A stretch of 64,000 bases of DNA from Candidatus Coprousia avicola (lineage in GTDB: Bacteria > Actinomycetota > Coriobacteriia > Coriobacteriales > Coriobacteriaceae), in assembly GCA_018715125.1 (NCBI GenBank), contig DVMF01000007.1:38452-102451 (forward strand), read 5' to 3'. The notes beneath the pieces are model-generated. The model did no database searches, had not been told where the DNA came from, and saw only the letters and a program-made list of their open reading frames with translations. The position numbers were made by a program, and so were the translations under genes. Below, in pieces: positions 1 through 10,912 of this stretch; position 1 is the stretch's first letter, and each line of letters begins with the position of its first letter.

Positions 1-777
1 GGCCGCAGGGTAGTGCGTTGCTATGAGTGCGCAAATCTCATCGGTGCATGCGGCTGCCAGCTCGTCGTTCTCCCGCGCACTTTGATAGAGCGCGGGGTCG
101 CCTGGAAGCGGCTCCGCTCCGGAGTGGATACGGTCGAGCAGGTAGTGCATGTGCGTGGCGAAGCGCGCAAAGGAAAACCCATCGCGATCGACGGCGATGC
201 CATACCTCCTTTCTATGATGCTGGTGGCGGCGTCTACGATGCTATCGTCGCTCGATGCGTCCGCAGGCATGCTGTTGGATGCATCGGAGGCGAGCGCGGA
301 ATTGATGAGGCACAGCGCCATGCCCGCAACCTCTTGATTGCGCAGCGTGACGTGGAGCCTCTGGTCGACAAGCTCGAGGGCGTAGAGCCCCGCGCGGTAT
401 TCGACGGGGTACATTTGACGCACCTCGTAGGCAAGCGGCATGGCGATCTCCATACCCTTGCGTTGACGCTCGATGGCAAACGAGATATGGTCGGCAAGCG
501 CCAGGACGGCATTGGGGCCAAGCTCGTACGAGAGCGCGGGGGCAAACGTCTCCACGACATCTGCTGCAACGTCGATGACCTCGGAGGATATGGTTTCCAG
601 TAAGTCAAGGTAGTGCGCGTCGATGTTGTAAAAGGTGCGCTCGATCGCCGCAAGCGGCAGTTCGTCGGAGCCTTTGGGAGCGGCGAATGCGATGCCTTTG
701 CCAAACGCAACAACGTCTCGACCGCGCGAGTCGGCGCAGAGCACGGTGTTGTTGTTGATGCGCTTGATGACCTTCAC
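1..777 (-). CDS. BglG/LicT-family PRD-domain transcriptional antiterminator (3' end runs off the window)
   Basis: Manual minus-strand translation from GTG at 777 (RBS GGGAGG just upstream) gives MKVIKRINNNTVLCADSRGRDVVAFGKGIAF...LALADHISFAIERQRKG, matching the CAT RNA-binding domain and PRD 'L.DHI.FAIER' signature. It is absent from the ORF track because there is no stop in the window. Confidence 0.88.
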   Translation of the reverse strand, partial: MKVIKRINNNTVLCADSRGRDVVAFGKGIAFAAPKGSDELPLAAIERTFYNIDAHYLDLLETISSEVIDVAADVVETFAPALSYELGPNAVLALADHISFAIERQRKGMEIAMPLAYEVRQMYPVEYRAGLYALELVDQRLHVTLRNQEVAGMALCLINSALASDASNSMPADASSDDSIVDAATSIIERRYGIAVDRDGFSFARFATHMHYLLDRIHSGAEPLPGDPALYQSARENDELAAACTDEICALIATHYPAA

Positions 778-875
778 GAAGGACCTCCCGGCACAGCTTT
801 TGGACAGAGAGCCTAGACTATGGCTATGTGCATTATAGGCTGTCCGATCATGCCTCAGGGAGTCGCACTCGAACT

Positions 876-888
876 GAGTAAACGTTAC
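876..888. promoter_or_regulatory. Candidate LacI-family operator (GAGTAAACGTTAC) in the divergent antiterminator/esterase promoter
   Basis: Reverse complement GTAACGTTTACTC matches the AACGTTTACTC sites upstream of the GH1 and lacI genes. Confidence 0.5.
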
Positions 889-1005
889 CGCTTCATTGTG
901 CTATGCTTCACGCAATGTTCCGTGAACGGTTGATATTTCCCGATGAGCGGTACGCGGCGATAGATGGTGACCGGATGATCGAATCGGGAGCGAGGAGTGA
1001 ACAGC

Positions 1006-1911
1006 ATGAAGATCGAGCAGCTCTCTTTGAGGCAAGATCGAGCGGATGTGACGCTCACAGCCTATATTCAAGATGCGCGTGCTGGTGAACAGGGTGAACG
1101 GTGCCGACCGGCGGTGCTCATTTGCCCAGGTGGCGCGTACTGTTTTTGTGCCGATACCGAATCGGAGCCCGTTGCGCTCCGATTCTGTGCCATGGGGTTC
1201 AATGCGTTTGTTGTGCGCTACGCAACCGTGTACGGGTCGGGCGTGGAGCGAATCGAGGGACCCGTCATGTACGAGCGGCGGTGGTACCCAACAGCGCTGC
1301 TGGATGTCGCTCGCGCGATGCGCGCGATTGTCGACCGCGCGCATCCTTGGCAGGTTGACGTCGCACACATTGCCATTGCGGGCTTTTCTGCCGGCGGACA
1401 CATGGCGGCGCTGTTTGCGACGCGTTGGCACGAACCGGGCTTGTGGCGCGCCGCCGAGCTACATGGTGGGCCTGTTCGGCCAACGGCGGCGATTTTGGGC
1501 TATATGGTTGGTGACGAATGTTTCCAATCCGACGATACAGATTGCGAGGGCGTTCGCAGTAGCGAGCGCGTTCGACATGTGATGAAACGAGCGCTTGCGG
1601 GGGACGATCCTGGGAGAGATGTGCTTAGGGATCTTATGCCAGCGCGTTTGGTGGGACCTCAGACACCGCCCACCTTTCTTTGGGGAACAGCTTCCGACGC
1701 GACGATTTCCCCCATCAATATACTCTCTATGGCTCAGGCGCTTGCGCACCAGGAAATTCCCTTCGAACTGCATGTGTTTGCAGAGGGGCCTCACGGTCTG
1801 TCGTTGGCGTCGCGTGAAAGCGCAAGTTCGGACGAGATGATTCGTTCCGAAGTCGCGGTTTGGGTTTCGCTCGCTGAGTGCTGGCTCGAGAACCGAGGGG
1901 TTCTCGTTTAG
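1006..1911 (+). CDS. Alpha/beta hydrolase (BD-FAE-like esterase/lipase)
   Basis: CPGGAY oxyanion motif, GFSAGG nucleophile elbow and C-terminal HGLSLA. Start moved to ATG 1006, downstream of GAGGAG. Confidence 0.85.
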   Translation: MKIEQLSLRQDRADVTLTAYIQDARAGEQGERCRPAVLICPGGAYCFCADTESEPVALRFCAMGFNAFVVRYATVYGSGVERIEGPVMYERRWYPTALLDVARAMRAIVDRAHPWQVDVAHIAIAGFSAGGHMAALFATRWHEPGLWRAAELHGGPVRPTAAILGYMVGDECFQSDDTDCEGVRSSERVRHVMKRALAGDDPGRDVLRDLMPARLVGPQTPPTFLWGTASDATISPINILSMAQALAHQEIPFELHVFAEGPHGLSLASRESASSDEMIRSEVAVWVSLAECWLENRGVLV

Positions 1912-2000
1912 CGACGGTACGCCCCGTTCATGATGGGTGGCGTAGCATGCTCATGCTTAATCTGATTGGCTGATTTCACGAGGCTCATGAAGATTGTTTC

Positions 2001-2072
2001 GCTACCGTTTACCCGGATTTGTGTAACCGTTTACTCAATTGGGTTGCCGCTTCACTGCGTAAACGTTTACTC
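2001..2072. promoter_or_regulatory. Three LacI-type operator repeats upstream of GH1
   Basis: GCTACCGTTTAC (2001), GTAACCGTTTACTC (2023) and the perfect palindrome GTAAACGTTTAC (2059-2070). Confidence 0.65.
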
Positions 2073-2135
2073 TCATCTTGAGAGAGTTCAAGGTCTCTTA
2101 TTTAGAGCGGCGGCCAATTGTAAAGGAGCATCACC

Positions 2136-3646
<1,511 letters not shown>

Positions 3647-3682
3647 CCGCCGGCGCGTGCGGGATCACAGGAACCTGGGCTT

Positions 3683-3726
3683 ACGGGCCGGGCATGGCGA
3701 GCAGGCCATGCCCGGCCCGTTTCCTT
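3683..3726. terminator. Intrinsic terminator between convergent GH1 and lacI
   Basis: Perfect 16-bp inverted repeat ACGGGCCGGGCATGGC/GCCATGCCCGGCCCGT followed by TTCCTT. Confidence 0.7.
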
Positions 3727-3767
3727 GCGGGGAGAGCAAGACGGGGCGGGCCCCTGCGGCCGGTGCG

Positions 3768-4781
3768 TTAGGCGGCGGTAGAGGCGCGTTTGACAAGTTC
3801 GACGGGAATGATCGTCTCGAGGGGGACCTGCTCGCCGGCGATGAGGCGCAGCAGCGCGTCGCAGCCAGCGTGAGCGAGTCGCTCGGGAAAGCGCCTCACG
3901 CTTGTGATCGAGGGGTGTGCGATCCGCGTGTAGATGGAATCGTCGAAACCGATAATCTTTACCTCGTGAGGAATCAAGACGCCTGCATGCTGCAGCGCGT
4001 TGAGCGCGCCCACGGCGGCATGGTCGCTCACGGCGAAGATGCCGTCGAGCGGGCGGCCCGTCTCAAGGAACGCGCTCACAAGCTCCGCAGCCTCGAACAT
4101 GCTCGGTTTGTGTCCCGGCAGCAGGATGCGGTAGGCGGGGTCGATGGCGAGCCCCTGCTCGCGCAGCGCTTGGCGATACCCCTCCTCGCGGTTGCGCTTG
4201 TTGAGGTCATCCTCCTCGCTTGAGATGAATAGGATGTACCGGCACCCGCGCTCGATGAGGTGCTCGGTCGCCAGGTTGCCGCCGCGCACGTCGTTCGAGA
4301 TGATGCGCGGGATGGTGGAATCGCGGCCAGGAAAGCGATCGACGCAAACCACGGGAATGCTCTGCGGCACGGCTTCCTCGCCGAGGGCGTTCGACCCGCT
4401 GATGCAGATGATGCCGTCGACCCGCTTGCTCACGAGCGTGCGGATGTAGTCGCGCTCGCGTTCGGTTGAATTGGCGGTGTTGCACACAAAGACCGAGTAG
4501 CCGTCTGTGGCGAGCTTCTGCTCGGTGTGGAGGGCGAGGGTGGAGAAGAAATCGTTCGAGATGTCCGGTACGATCATGCCGATGGTCTTCGATCGCTGCT
4601 CGCGCAGACTCTTGGCTGCCATGTTGGTCACATAGCCGCTCTCGTCGATGGCCTGCTGCACGCGCTTGCGAGTGGCTTCAGAGAAGCGCCCGTTGTTGTT
4701 GATGACGCGCGAGACGGTGGCGATGGACACCCCCGCCATCTGGGCGACGTCGCGAATGGATACGGGTTTCTGTTCTGTCAT
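3768..4781 (-). CDS. LacI-family transcriptional regulator
   Basis: SIRDVAQMAGVSIATVSRVIN helix-turn-helix, a periplasmic-binding-like C-domain and IIGFDD. Confidence 0.95.
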   Translation of the reverse strand: MTEQKPVSIRDVAQMAGVSIATVSRVINNNGRFSEATRKRVQQAIDESGYVTNMAAKSLREQRSKTIGMIVPDISNDFFSTLALHTEQKLATDGYSVFVCNTANSTERERDYIRTLVSKRVDGIICISGSNALGEEAVPQSIPVVCVDRFPGRDSTIPRIISNDVRGGNLATEHLIERGCRYILFISSEEDDLNKRNREEGYRQALREQGLAIDPAYRILLPGHKPSMFEAAELVSAFLETGRPLDGIFAVSDHAAVGALNALQHAGVLIPHEVKIIGFDDSIYTRIAHPSITSVRRFPERLAHAGCDALLRLIAGEQVPLETIIPVELVKRASTAA

Positions 4782-4821
4782 GATGGCTCCGAGGGCTGAG
4801 GGCTGCCGGCACGGCATGTGA

Positions 4822-4835
4822 GCAAACGTTTACTC
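4822..4835. promoter_or_regulatory. Candidate autoregulatory LacI operator GCAAACGTTTACTC
   Basis: Same core as the GH1 operators, about 40 bp upstream of the lacI start. Confidence 0.6.
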
Positions 4836-4940
4836 TTCCTCCATCATAACATGTTTGCGGGACGCGTTTTGCCATCGTAGGCGGTAATGGAGCGAATCGG
4901 AGCCCTTGGCGCCGTGCTCGGCAATGCGTCGGGAGCGGGG

Positions 4941-5729
4941 TCAGCGCCCGACGGACGTGTCCTGCACGATGTCGAGGAGGCGTCGCTCGGCGTATGCGGC
5001 AAAGCGCTCCTCCACCTCGTCAAATGACCACGCGAACTCCTCCATGGAGCCCGCCCAGGTCGCGCGCACGGGGCGGCGGCCGTGGCCCACGTAGGCGGTT
5101 TGGATGCCGCAGTCCGGGGTGGGGAAGTCGCGCTTGGGGTCGTTGCCCACCATGAGGATCTCCTCGGGGGCGAAGCCCAGGGTTTCGGCGCAGGCGAGGT
5201 AATAGGTGGGGCTCGGCTTCACGCGGGTGGTGTTCTCCATATAGGTGACGAGCTTGAACGGGATGTCGGTCAGGTTGCCCCATCCCATGCGGGTGCGGAT
5301 GCAGGCCTCGCTGAAGCTCGGGTTGGTGAGGAGCGCCACGGTATAGCCGCGGTCGAGCGCCCGTTCGACCGCCTCGAGCGCGCCGGGGCGCGGCCGCGCC
5401 GCGATGATCGCGTCGTTTCTGCCGGGGAGGACCTCGCGCTCGTAGTAGGTGAAGGCGTCCGCCACCACGGGGTCGGCGAGGGCGACGCCGCAGCGCCGTT
5501 CGATCTCCGCGTCAAAGAAGGCACGGTTGGTGCGCGTGTCGTCGTCGGGCCGGGTGTTGTTGTTGAGGTCGAGCATGACGCCCGTGAGCGAGGCGAACGT
5601 CGCGAGCGGGTTCTTGCGTCCCACGTCGGCCAAAAGCGTCGCCTCGTCTTTGGCGAACACGGCGATAAACGCGCTCAGGTTGATGCTGAGCAGCGTGTCG
5701 TCCATATCGAATGCGATGCACTTGAGCAC
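4941..5729 (-). CDS. HAD-superfamily hydrolase
   Basis: FDMDDT motif I, TN motif II, KP and VGND motif IV. GTG start after GAGGAGG. Confidence 0.85.
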   Translation of the reverse strand: MLKCIAFDMDDTLLSINLSAFIAVFAKDEATLLADVGRKNPLATFASLTGVMLDLNNNTRPDDDTRTNRAFFDAEIERRCGVALADPVVADAFTYYEREVLPGRNDAIIAARPRPGALEAVERALDRGYTVALLTNPSFSEACIRTRMGWGNLTDIPFKLVTYMENTTRVKPSPTYYLACAETLGFAPEEILMVGNDPKRDFPTPDCGIQTAYVGHGRRPVRATWAGSMEEFAWSFDEVEERFAAYAERRLLDIVQDTSVGR

Positions 5730-6025
5730 GGGGGCACCTCCTCGCGGGTAGAACCGTGTTTTGGCGCGACGCGGTGGGGCCGGGCCGCCGGGTCGCGTAT
5801 GGGTGGGTGTACCCAGAGGCGGGCGGATAATGCGCCGGGGCGCGCGCATCGACACGCCAAGCACATGACCGCCGAGAGAAGCGGGCGGGGAGCGGGCTTG
5901 CCGACGATGCCGCTTGGCGGCCTCGGGCATCCCGTGGACGCGCGACCGTCCGCCGTCTTACGGGGACCGTCTACCGCGCGGATGCGCGAATTTTCGCACC
6001 GAAGGTAAATTTGCGCAAGTCATTC

Positions 6026-6054
6026 TTGAAAAACCGGCGGCAACAACGTATTCT
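6026..6054 (+). promoter_or_regulatory. Housekeeping-sigma promoter of rpsA
   Basis: TTGAAA-N17-TATTCT. Confidence 0.6.
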
Positions 6055-6198
6055 TTACTTCCGTGAGTTTCTATCGAAGCTCACGTCCGTATCTGTCGGC
6101 CCCCGAGTGTTCCCAACCGGTGGGTGACGGCCCCGAGCGGGCCGGCTCCTGTCGTAGGTCTAGCGGTCGGGGCCCCGTACATCGAAAGGGGTCCACCT

Positions 6199-7362
6199 TT
6201 GAGTGAGATTCAGAACGCGTCCATCTTCTCTCTTGACGATGTGAACGAAGAGGAGATGAACAGCCTTATCGACGGTACCATCACCGACTTCGATGAGGGT
6301 GATCTTGTCAGCGGCACCGTTGTCAAGATCGAGAAGGACGAGGTCCTCGTTGACATCGGATTCAAGTCCGAGGGCGTCATCCCGGTCCGCGAGCTCTCCA
6401 TCCGCAAGGACGCTAACCCGGCCGACATCGTCAACCTCGGCGACTCCATCGAGGCCCTCGTCCTTCAGAAGGAGGACAAGGACGGCCGCCTCGTGCTCTC
6501 CAAGAAGCGTGCCGAGTACGAGCGCGCCTGGAACCGCATCGAGGAGAAGTTCAACTCCGGCGAGAACGTCGAGGGCGAGGTCATCGAGGTCGTCAAGGGC
6601 GGTCTCATCCTCGACATCGGCCTGCGCGGCTTCTTGCCCGCTTCCCTCGTTGACCTGCGCCGCGTGAAGGACCTCAGCTCCTACCTCGGCACCCGCATCG
6701 AGGCCCGCGTCATCGAGATGGACCGCAACCGCAACAACGTCGTGCTCTCCCGCCGCGTGGTGCTCGAGGAGTCCCGCAAGGCCGAGCGCACCGAGATCCT
6801 CTCCAAGCTCAAGGCCGGCATGCGCCTCAAGGGCACGGTCTCCTCGATCGTGGACTTCGGCGCCTTCGTGGATCTGGGCGGCATCGACGGCCTCATCCAT
6901 ATCTCCGAGCTCTCCTGGAACCACGTCAACCACCCCTCCGAGGTCGTCAAGGTCGGCCAGGAGGTCGAGGTCGAGGTGCTCGACGTCGATCTCAACCGCG
7001 AGCGCATCTCGCTCGGCCTCAAGCAGACCACCGAGGATCCGTGGCGTTCGCTCGTCAAGAAGTACCCCGTGGGCGCTATCGTCGAGGGCACCGTCACCAA
7101 GCTCGTGCCGTTCGGCGCGTTCGTCGACCTCGGCGAGGGCATCGAGGGCCTCGTGCACATCTCCGAGATGGCCAACAAGCACGTGGACCAGCCCGCTCAG
7201 GTCACCCATGTGGGCGCTAAGGTGCAGGTCAAGGTCATGGAGATCGACCTCGACCGTCGTCGCATCTCCCTCTCGATGAAGTCCGCCGCCGAGACCCTCG
7301 GCGTGGAGATCGAGGTCGCCCCGCTCGACAAGCCGGAGGAGAAGGCCGAGGACGCCGAGTAA
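6199..7362 (+). CDS. rpsA: 30S ribosomal protein S1
   Basis: Four S1 repeats (VDIGFKSEG, GLRGFLPASLVD, GAFVDLGGIDGLIHISELSW, EGLVHISEM). TTG start at 6199 after GAAAGGGG. Confidence 0.97.
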   Translation: MSEIQNASIFSLDDVNEEEMNSLIDGTITDFDEGDLVSGTVVKIEKDEVLVDIGFKSEGVIPVRELSIRKDANPADIVNLGDSIEALVLQKEDKDGRLVLSKKRAEYERAWNRIEEKFNSGENVEGEVIEVVKGGLILDIGLRGFLPASLVDLRRVKDLSSYLGTRIEARVIEMDRNRNNVVLSRRVVLEESRKAERTEILSKLKAGMRLKGTVSSIVDFGAFVDLGGIDGLIHISELSWNHVNHPSEVVKVGQEVEVEVLDVDLNRERISLGLKQTTEDPWRSLVKKYPVGAIVEGTVTKLVPFGAFVDLGEGIEGLVHISEMANKHVDQPAQVTHVGAKVQVKVMEIDLDRRRISLSMKSAAETLGVEIEVAPLDKPEEKAEDAE

Positions 7363-7387
7363 GCGTTCCCGTCATCTCGAGTTTGCC

Positions 7388-7416
7388 AGGCCCGTCGCTT
7401 CTGCGGCGGGCCTTTT
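7388..7416 (+). terminator. rpsA intrinsic terminator
   Basis: AGGCCCGTCGC-TTCT-GCGGCGGGCCT stem followed by TTT. Confidence 0.7.
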
Positions 7417-7442
7417 GCGTCATGGCAGAAGGAGGAACTGGT

Positions 7443-8126
7443 ATGGTCACCGATACGGTGCGCGCATCTGTTGCGAGGCGCCCCGCCGTGCTCTTCGATT
7501 TCGATGGGACGCTCGCCAACACCGGCAACGCGGTCGTGACGACGGTGCGCCGCGTGCTGGGCGCGCATGGGTTCACGCCCGAGGAGATGGGCGACCTGCG
7601 CCGCTTCATCGGCCCGCCGCTCGTCGACTGCTTTCGCGACACCTGTGGGTTTGCCCAGGCTGAGGCCGAGCGCGTGGCCGAGGAGTACCGTGCGGTCTTC
7701 GCCGAGCTCGGTCCTGCCGATTGGCCGCTCATGCCCGGAATGGCCGAGCTCGTGGCGGACCTCGCATCGGCCGGCAAGCGTCTCGCGGTCGCGACGTCGC
7801 GCAAGGAGTCGAGCGCGCGGTTCATGGTCGCCGCCCTCGGCCTCACCGAGTTCGAGGCCGTCATCGGCATGAACGAGGCCGTGGGTCGCCACACGAAGGC
7901 GGACTCGGTGCGCGACGCTCTGGCGGCCCTCGGTCTCGGGGCGGATGACGCCGTTCTCGTGGGCGATACCGCGCACGACATCCGCGGCGCCCACGCCGAG
8001 GGGGTGCCCTGCATCTGCGTCACGTTTGGCGCCGGTGCGGCGGCGGATCTCCGCGCGGCGGGGGCCGACGGCATTTGCACGGACGCGCCTGCGCTTCGGG
8101 CCGCCCTGCTGGGATATGATGGATAA
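7443..8126 (+). CDS. HAD hydrolase (phosphoglycolate phosphatase/nucleotidase-like)
   Basis: LFDFDGTL, FIGPPL, VATS and VGDT.HD motifs. Confidence 0.88.
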   Translation: MVTDTVRASVARRPAVLFDFDGTLANTGNAVVTTVRRVLGAHGFTPEEMGDLRRFIGPPLVDCFRDTCGFAQAEAERVAEEYRAVFAELGPADWPLMPGMAELVADLASAGKRLAVATSRKESSARFMVAALGLTEFEAVIGMNEAVGRHTKADSVRDALAALGLGADDAVLVGDTAHDIRGAHAEGVPCICVTFGAGAAADLRAAGADGICTDAPALRAALLGYDG

Positions 8127-8172
8127 ACATGCGGATGGCGGTGCCCTGCCGCCGATAAGAGATGGGAGATCC

Positions 8173-9591
8173 ATGGACAAGATGCTCGAATCCAAGATCG
8201 ATGCCTACATCGACGAGGTATGGGACGATGTCATCCGCGACATCGAGGCGCTCGTCGCCCACCCCTCGGTGTCCGATGCGTCGAAGGCGCAGCCCGGCGC
8301 CCCCTTTGGCCCCGAGGTCCGCGCCGCGCTCGACGAGGCGCTCGGTATCGCCCGCAGGCTCGGATACGAGACGGGCGAGGACGAAGGCTACATCGGTTGG
8401 GGCGACCTTGCCGGTGCGGAGCCCACGCAGGTCGCGACGATCGCCCACATCGATGTGGTCCCGGCGGGCCCCGGCTGGACGGGCGATCCCTTTACCGTGC
8501 GCCATCGCGAGGGCTGGCTCATCGGCCGCGGCGTCTCCGACGACAAGGGCCCTGCCGTGCTCTCGCTCTACGCGGGCGCGTTCTTCAAGCACGAGGGCAT
8601 CACGCCGCGGTACGCGTTCCGCGCGCTTCTGGGCTGCGACGAGGAAGTCGGCATGACCGACGTCCATCATTATCTCGAGACGCACGACAATCCGGCCTTC
8701 CTCTTCACGCCGGATGCCGAGTTCCCGCTCTGCAACGCCGAGAAGGGCCTTTTTGGCTGCACGTTTGCGAGCGCGCCCATCGAGGGCGGCCGCATTCTTT
8801 CCTGGTCGGGCGCTGAGGCGACGAACGCCATCCCGAGTGAGTCCATTGTGGAACTCGCCGTCGACGCCGCCGAGCTGCCCCAGCCCCGGGCGCACGCCGA
8901 CCGCCTCACCATCGAGGCCGTGCGGCCCGGCGTGGCGCGCGTGACGGCGCACGGCATCGGCGGGCATGCCGCCATGCCCGAGGGCACGCTTAACGCGGTC
9001 GGCATCATCGTCGGCTATCTGCGCGAGCTCACGGGCGTGCTCGCGGCGGGGGAGGAGCGCTTCCTCGAGCTTCTCGCGCTCGTGCACGACGGTACGGACG
9101 GCGCCGCCATGGGCATCGCGAGCGCGGACGAGGCCTTTGGCCCCCTCACCTCCAACGCCGGCGTTATCGCCGTCGCGGACGGGCGCATCACCCAGTCGCT
9201 CGACTGCCGCTGCCCGGCAAGCATCACCGCCGATGAGATCGAGGCGACGCTTCGCGAGCTCGCCTCCCGCTATGGAGCCACGGTCGAGGACGTCTCCACC
9301 AAGGTGCCGTTCTCGGTCGACGCCACGCACCCCGCCGTCCAGACGCTCATCGACGTCTACCGCGAGGTGACGGGCGATACCGAGGCGAAGCCCTTCTCCA
9401 TGGGGGGCGGGACGTACGCGCGCAACTTCGCCTGCGCGGTCTCCTTCGGTCCCGAGGAGCCCATGGCGAACGCCCCGGCATGGGTCGGCCCCATGCACGG
9501 GCCCGACGAGGGCGCGAGCGAGGCGGCGCTGCGCCGTGCGCTCAAGATCTACATTCTCGCGCTCGTGCGCCTGCAGGAGATCGACCTGTAG
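8173..9591 (+). CDS. pepV: M20A-family Xaa-His dipeptidase (PepV/Sapep-like)
   Basis: AHIDVVPAG, GRGVSDDKGP, CDEE, GGGTYAR and MHGPDE metal-binding motifs. Confidence 0.88.
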   Translation: MDKMLESKIDAYIDEVWDDVIRDIEALVAHPSVSDASKAQPGAPFGPEVRAALDEALGIARRLGYETGEDEGYIGWGDLAGAEPTQVATIAHIDVVPAGPGWTGDPFTVRHREGWLIGRGVSDDKGPAVLSLYAGAFFKHEGITPRYAFRALLGCDEEVGMTDVHHYLETHDNPAFLFTPDAEFPLCNAEKGLFGCTFASAPIEGGRILSWSGAEATNAIPSESIVELAVDAAELPQPRAHADRLTIEAVRPGVARVTAHGIGGHAAMPEGTLNAVGIIVGYLRELTGVLAAGEERFLELLALVHDGTDGAAMGIASADEAFGPLTSNAGVIAVADGRITQSLDCRCPASITADEIEATLRELASRYGATVEDVSTKVPFSVDATHPAVQTLIDVYREVTGDTEAKPFSMGGGTYARNFACAVSFGPEEPMANAPAWVGPMHGPDEGASEAALRRALKIYILALVRLQEIDL

Positions 9592-9704
9592 GCGGGCGGC
9601 GAGCCGGCGCGCGGGCGCTGTACCAGTCTCGCGGACGGTGCGCGACGCCCCGCGCAGTGCCTTGCCGGTGTGTTTCAAGCGCGCGTCATGAGGGAGGGGT
9701 CATT

Positions 9705-9748
9705 TGTAAACCCTCCGTAAACCTGACGTAGCGAAGCGGTAACGTTTG
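9705..9748 (+). promoter_or_regulatory. PHO-box-like 11-bp direct repeats upstream of pstS
   Basis: TGTAAACCCTC / CGTAAACCTGA / CGTAGCGAAGC / GGTAACGTTTG at an exact 11-bp period. Confidence 0.6.
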
Positions 9749-9926
9749 ATAAGAGGTGCGTAATGGCTCGCTTGCGAGCCGTGGCGCACCTCTTTTGTGG
9801 GCGTAACCTTCCTAATCGAAGTTCGAGCGGGCCGTATGTGACCAAAGGTCGGGTGCGGCAGCATGCGCATGCGAAAGCCTCTCATGCGCTCCGCCGAAAG
9901 CTATCGTGTTCTTTGGAAGGAGAACC

Positions 9927-10859
9927 ATGCTCGCATTTGATTGCTCTCGTCGTCAGTTCCTCGGCCTCGCCGGTGGCGTGGCCGCCATCGCCGGCCTCGG
10001 CCTCGCCGGCTGCGGTTCTGAGCCCGCTGCCACGGGTTCCGCCGCGGGCGATGCCGCCGCTAGCCTCTCCGGCTCCGTGACCTACGACGGCGCCTCCTCG
10101 TTCCAGGCCCTCGTCGAGGCTGCCGCCGAGCAGTTCATGAACGAGAACCCCGACGTCTCCATCACCGGTTCCGGCAACGGTTCGGGCACCGGCCTTACCG
10201 CTGTCGCCGACGGCACCGTGAACATCGGCAACTCTGACGTCTTCGCCGAGACCAAGCTCGAGGCCGATCAGTGCGAGACCCTCGTCGACCATGAGGTCGC
10301 TGTCGTTGGCATGGGCCCCGTGGTCTCCCTGAACGTCACCGTCGACGACCTCACCCTGGAGCAGCTCGCCGGCATCTTCTCCGGCGAGATCACCAACTGG
10401 TCCGAGGTCGGCGGCGAGGACGCCGAGATCCACGTCCTCAACCGCAAGGCCGGCTCCGGCACCCGCGCCACCTTCGAGGCCGCCGTCTTCGGCGCCGATG
10501 TGCCCGACTTCGCCGGCGAGGCCGAGCTCGATAAGTCCGGCGACGTCCAGACCCAGATGGGCTCCACCGACAACGCCATCTCCTACCTCGACTTCTCGCA
10601 CTTCGACGAGGAGAGCTTCAAGGCCATCAAGGTCAACGGCGTCGAGCCGACGTCCGAGAACGTCGCGGACAACTCCTTCCCCATCTGGGCAACCGAGCAC
10701 ATGTACTGCCAGGAGGACGCCGACGAGGTGACCAAGGCGTTCCTCGAGTACATGCTCTCCGATGCCGTCCAGGGCTCGCTCGTTGAGGAGCAGGGCTTCA
10801 TCCCCGTGTCCTCGATGACCGTCGTGAAGGACGCCGAGGGTAACGTCACCGAGAAGTAA
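9927..10859 (+). CDS. pstS: Phosphate ABC transporter substrate-binding lipoprotein
   Basis: GSGNGSGTG, IGNSD and GSGTRATF motifs; SRRQFL and LAGC lipobox; first gene of pstSCAB. Confidence 0.93.
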   Translation: MLAFDCSRRQFLGLAGGVAAIAGLGLAGCGSEPAATGSAAGDAAASLSGSVTYDGASSFQALVEAAAEQFMNENPDVSITGSGNGSGTGLTAVADGTVNIGNSDVFAETKLEADQCETLVDHEVAVVGMGPVVSLNVTVDDLTLEQLAGIFSGEITNWSEVGGEDAEIHVLNRKAGSGTRATFEAAVFGADVPDFAGEAELDKSGDVQTQMGSTDNAISYLDFSHFDEESFKAIKVNGVEPTSENVADNSFPIWATEHMYCQEDADEVTKAFLEYMLSDAVQGSLVEEQGFIPVSSMTVVKDAEGNVTEK

Positions 10860-10912
10860 TCTCGCTTCGAAGCGACTGTACGCCTGTACTAAAACTGTTC
10901 GAAAGGTGCGCC

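Noticed and set aside
13-603. 196-aa plus-strand ORF at the window start
   Set aside because: It is the antisense shadow of the BglG/LicT antiterminator, in codon register with it.
1966-2135. RAT antiterminator site upstream of GH1
   Set aside because: I found no match to the GGATTGTTACTG...GCAGGCAAAACC-type RAT and no overlapping terminator. The BglG target is probably outside the window.
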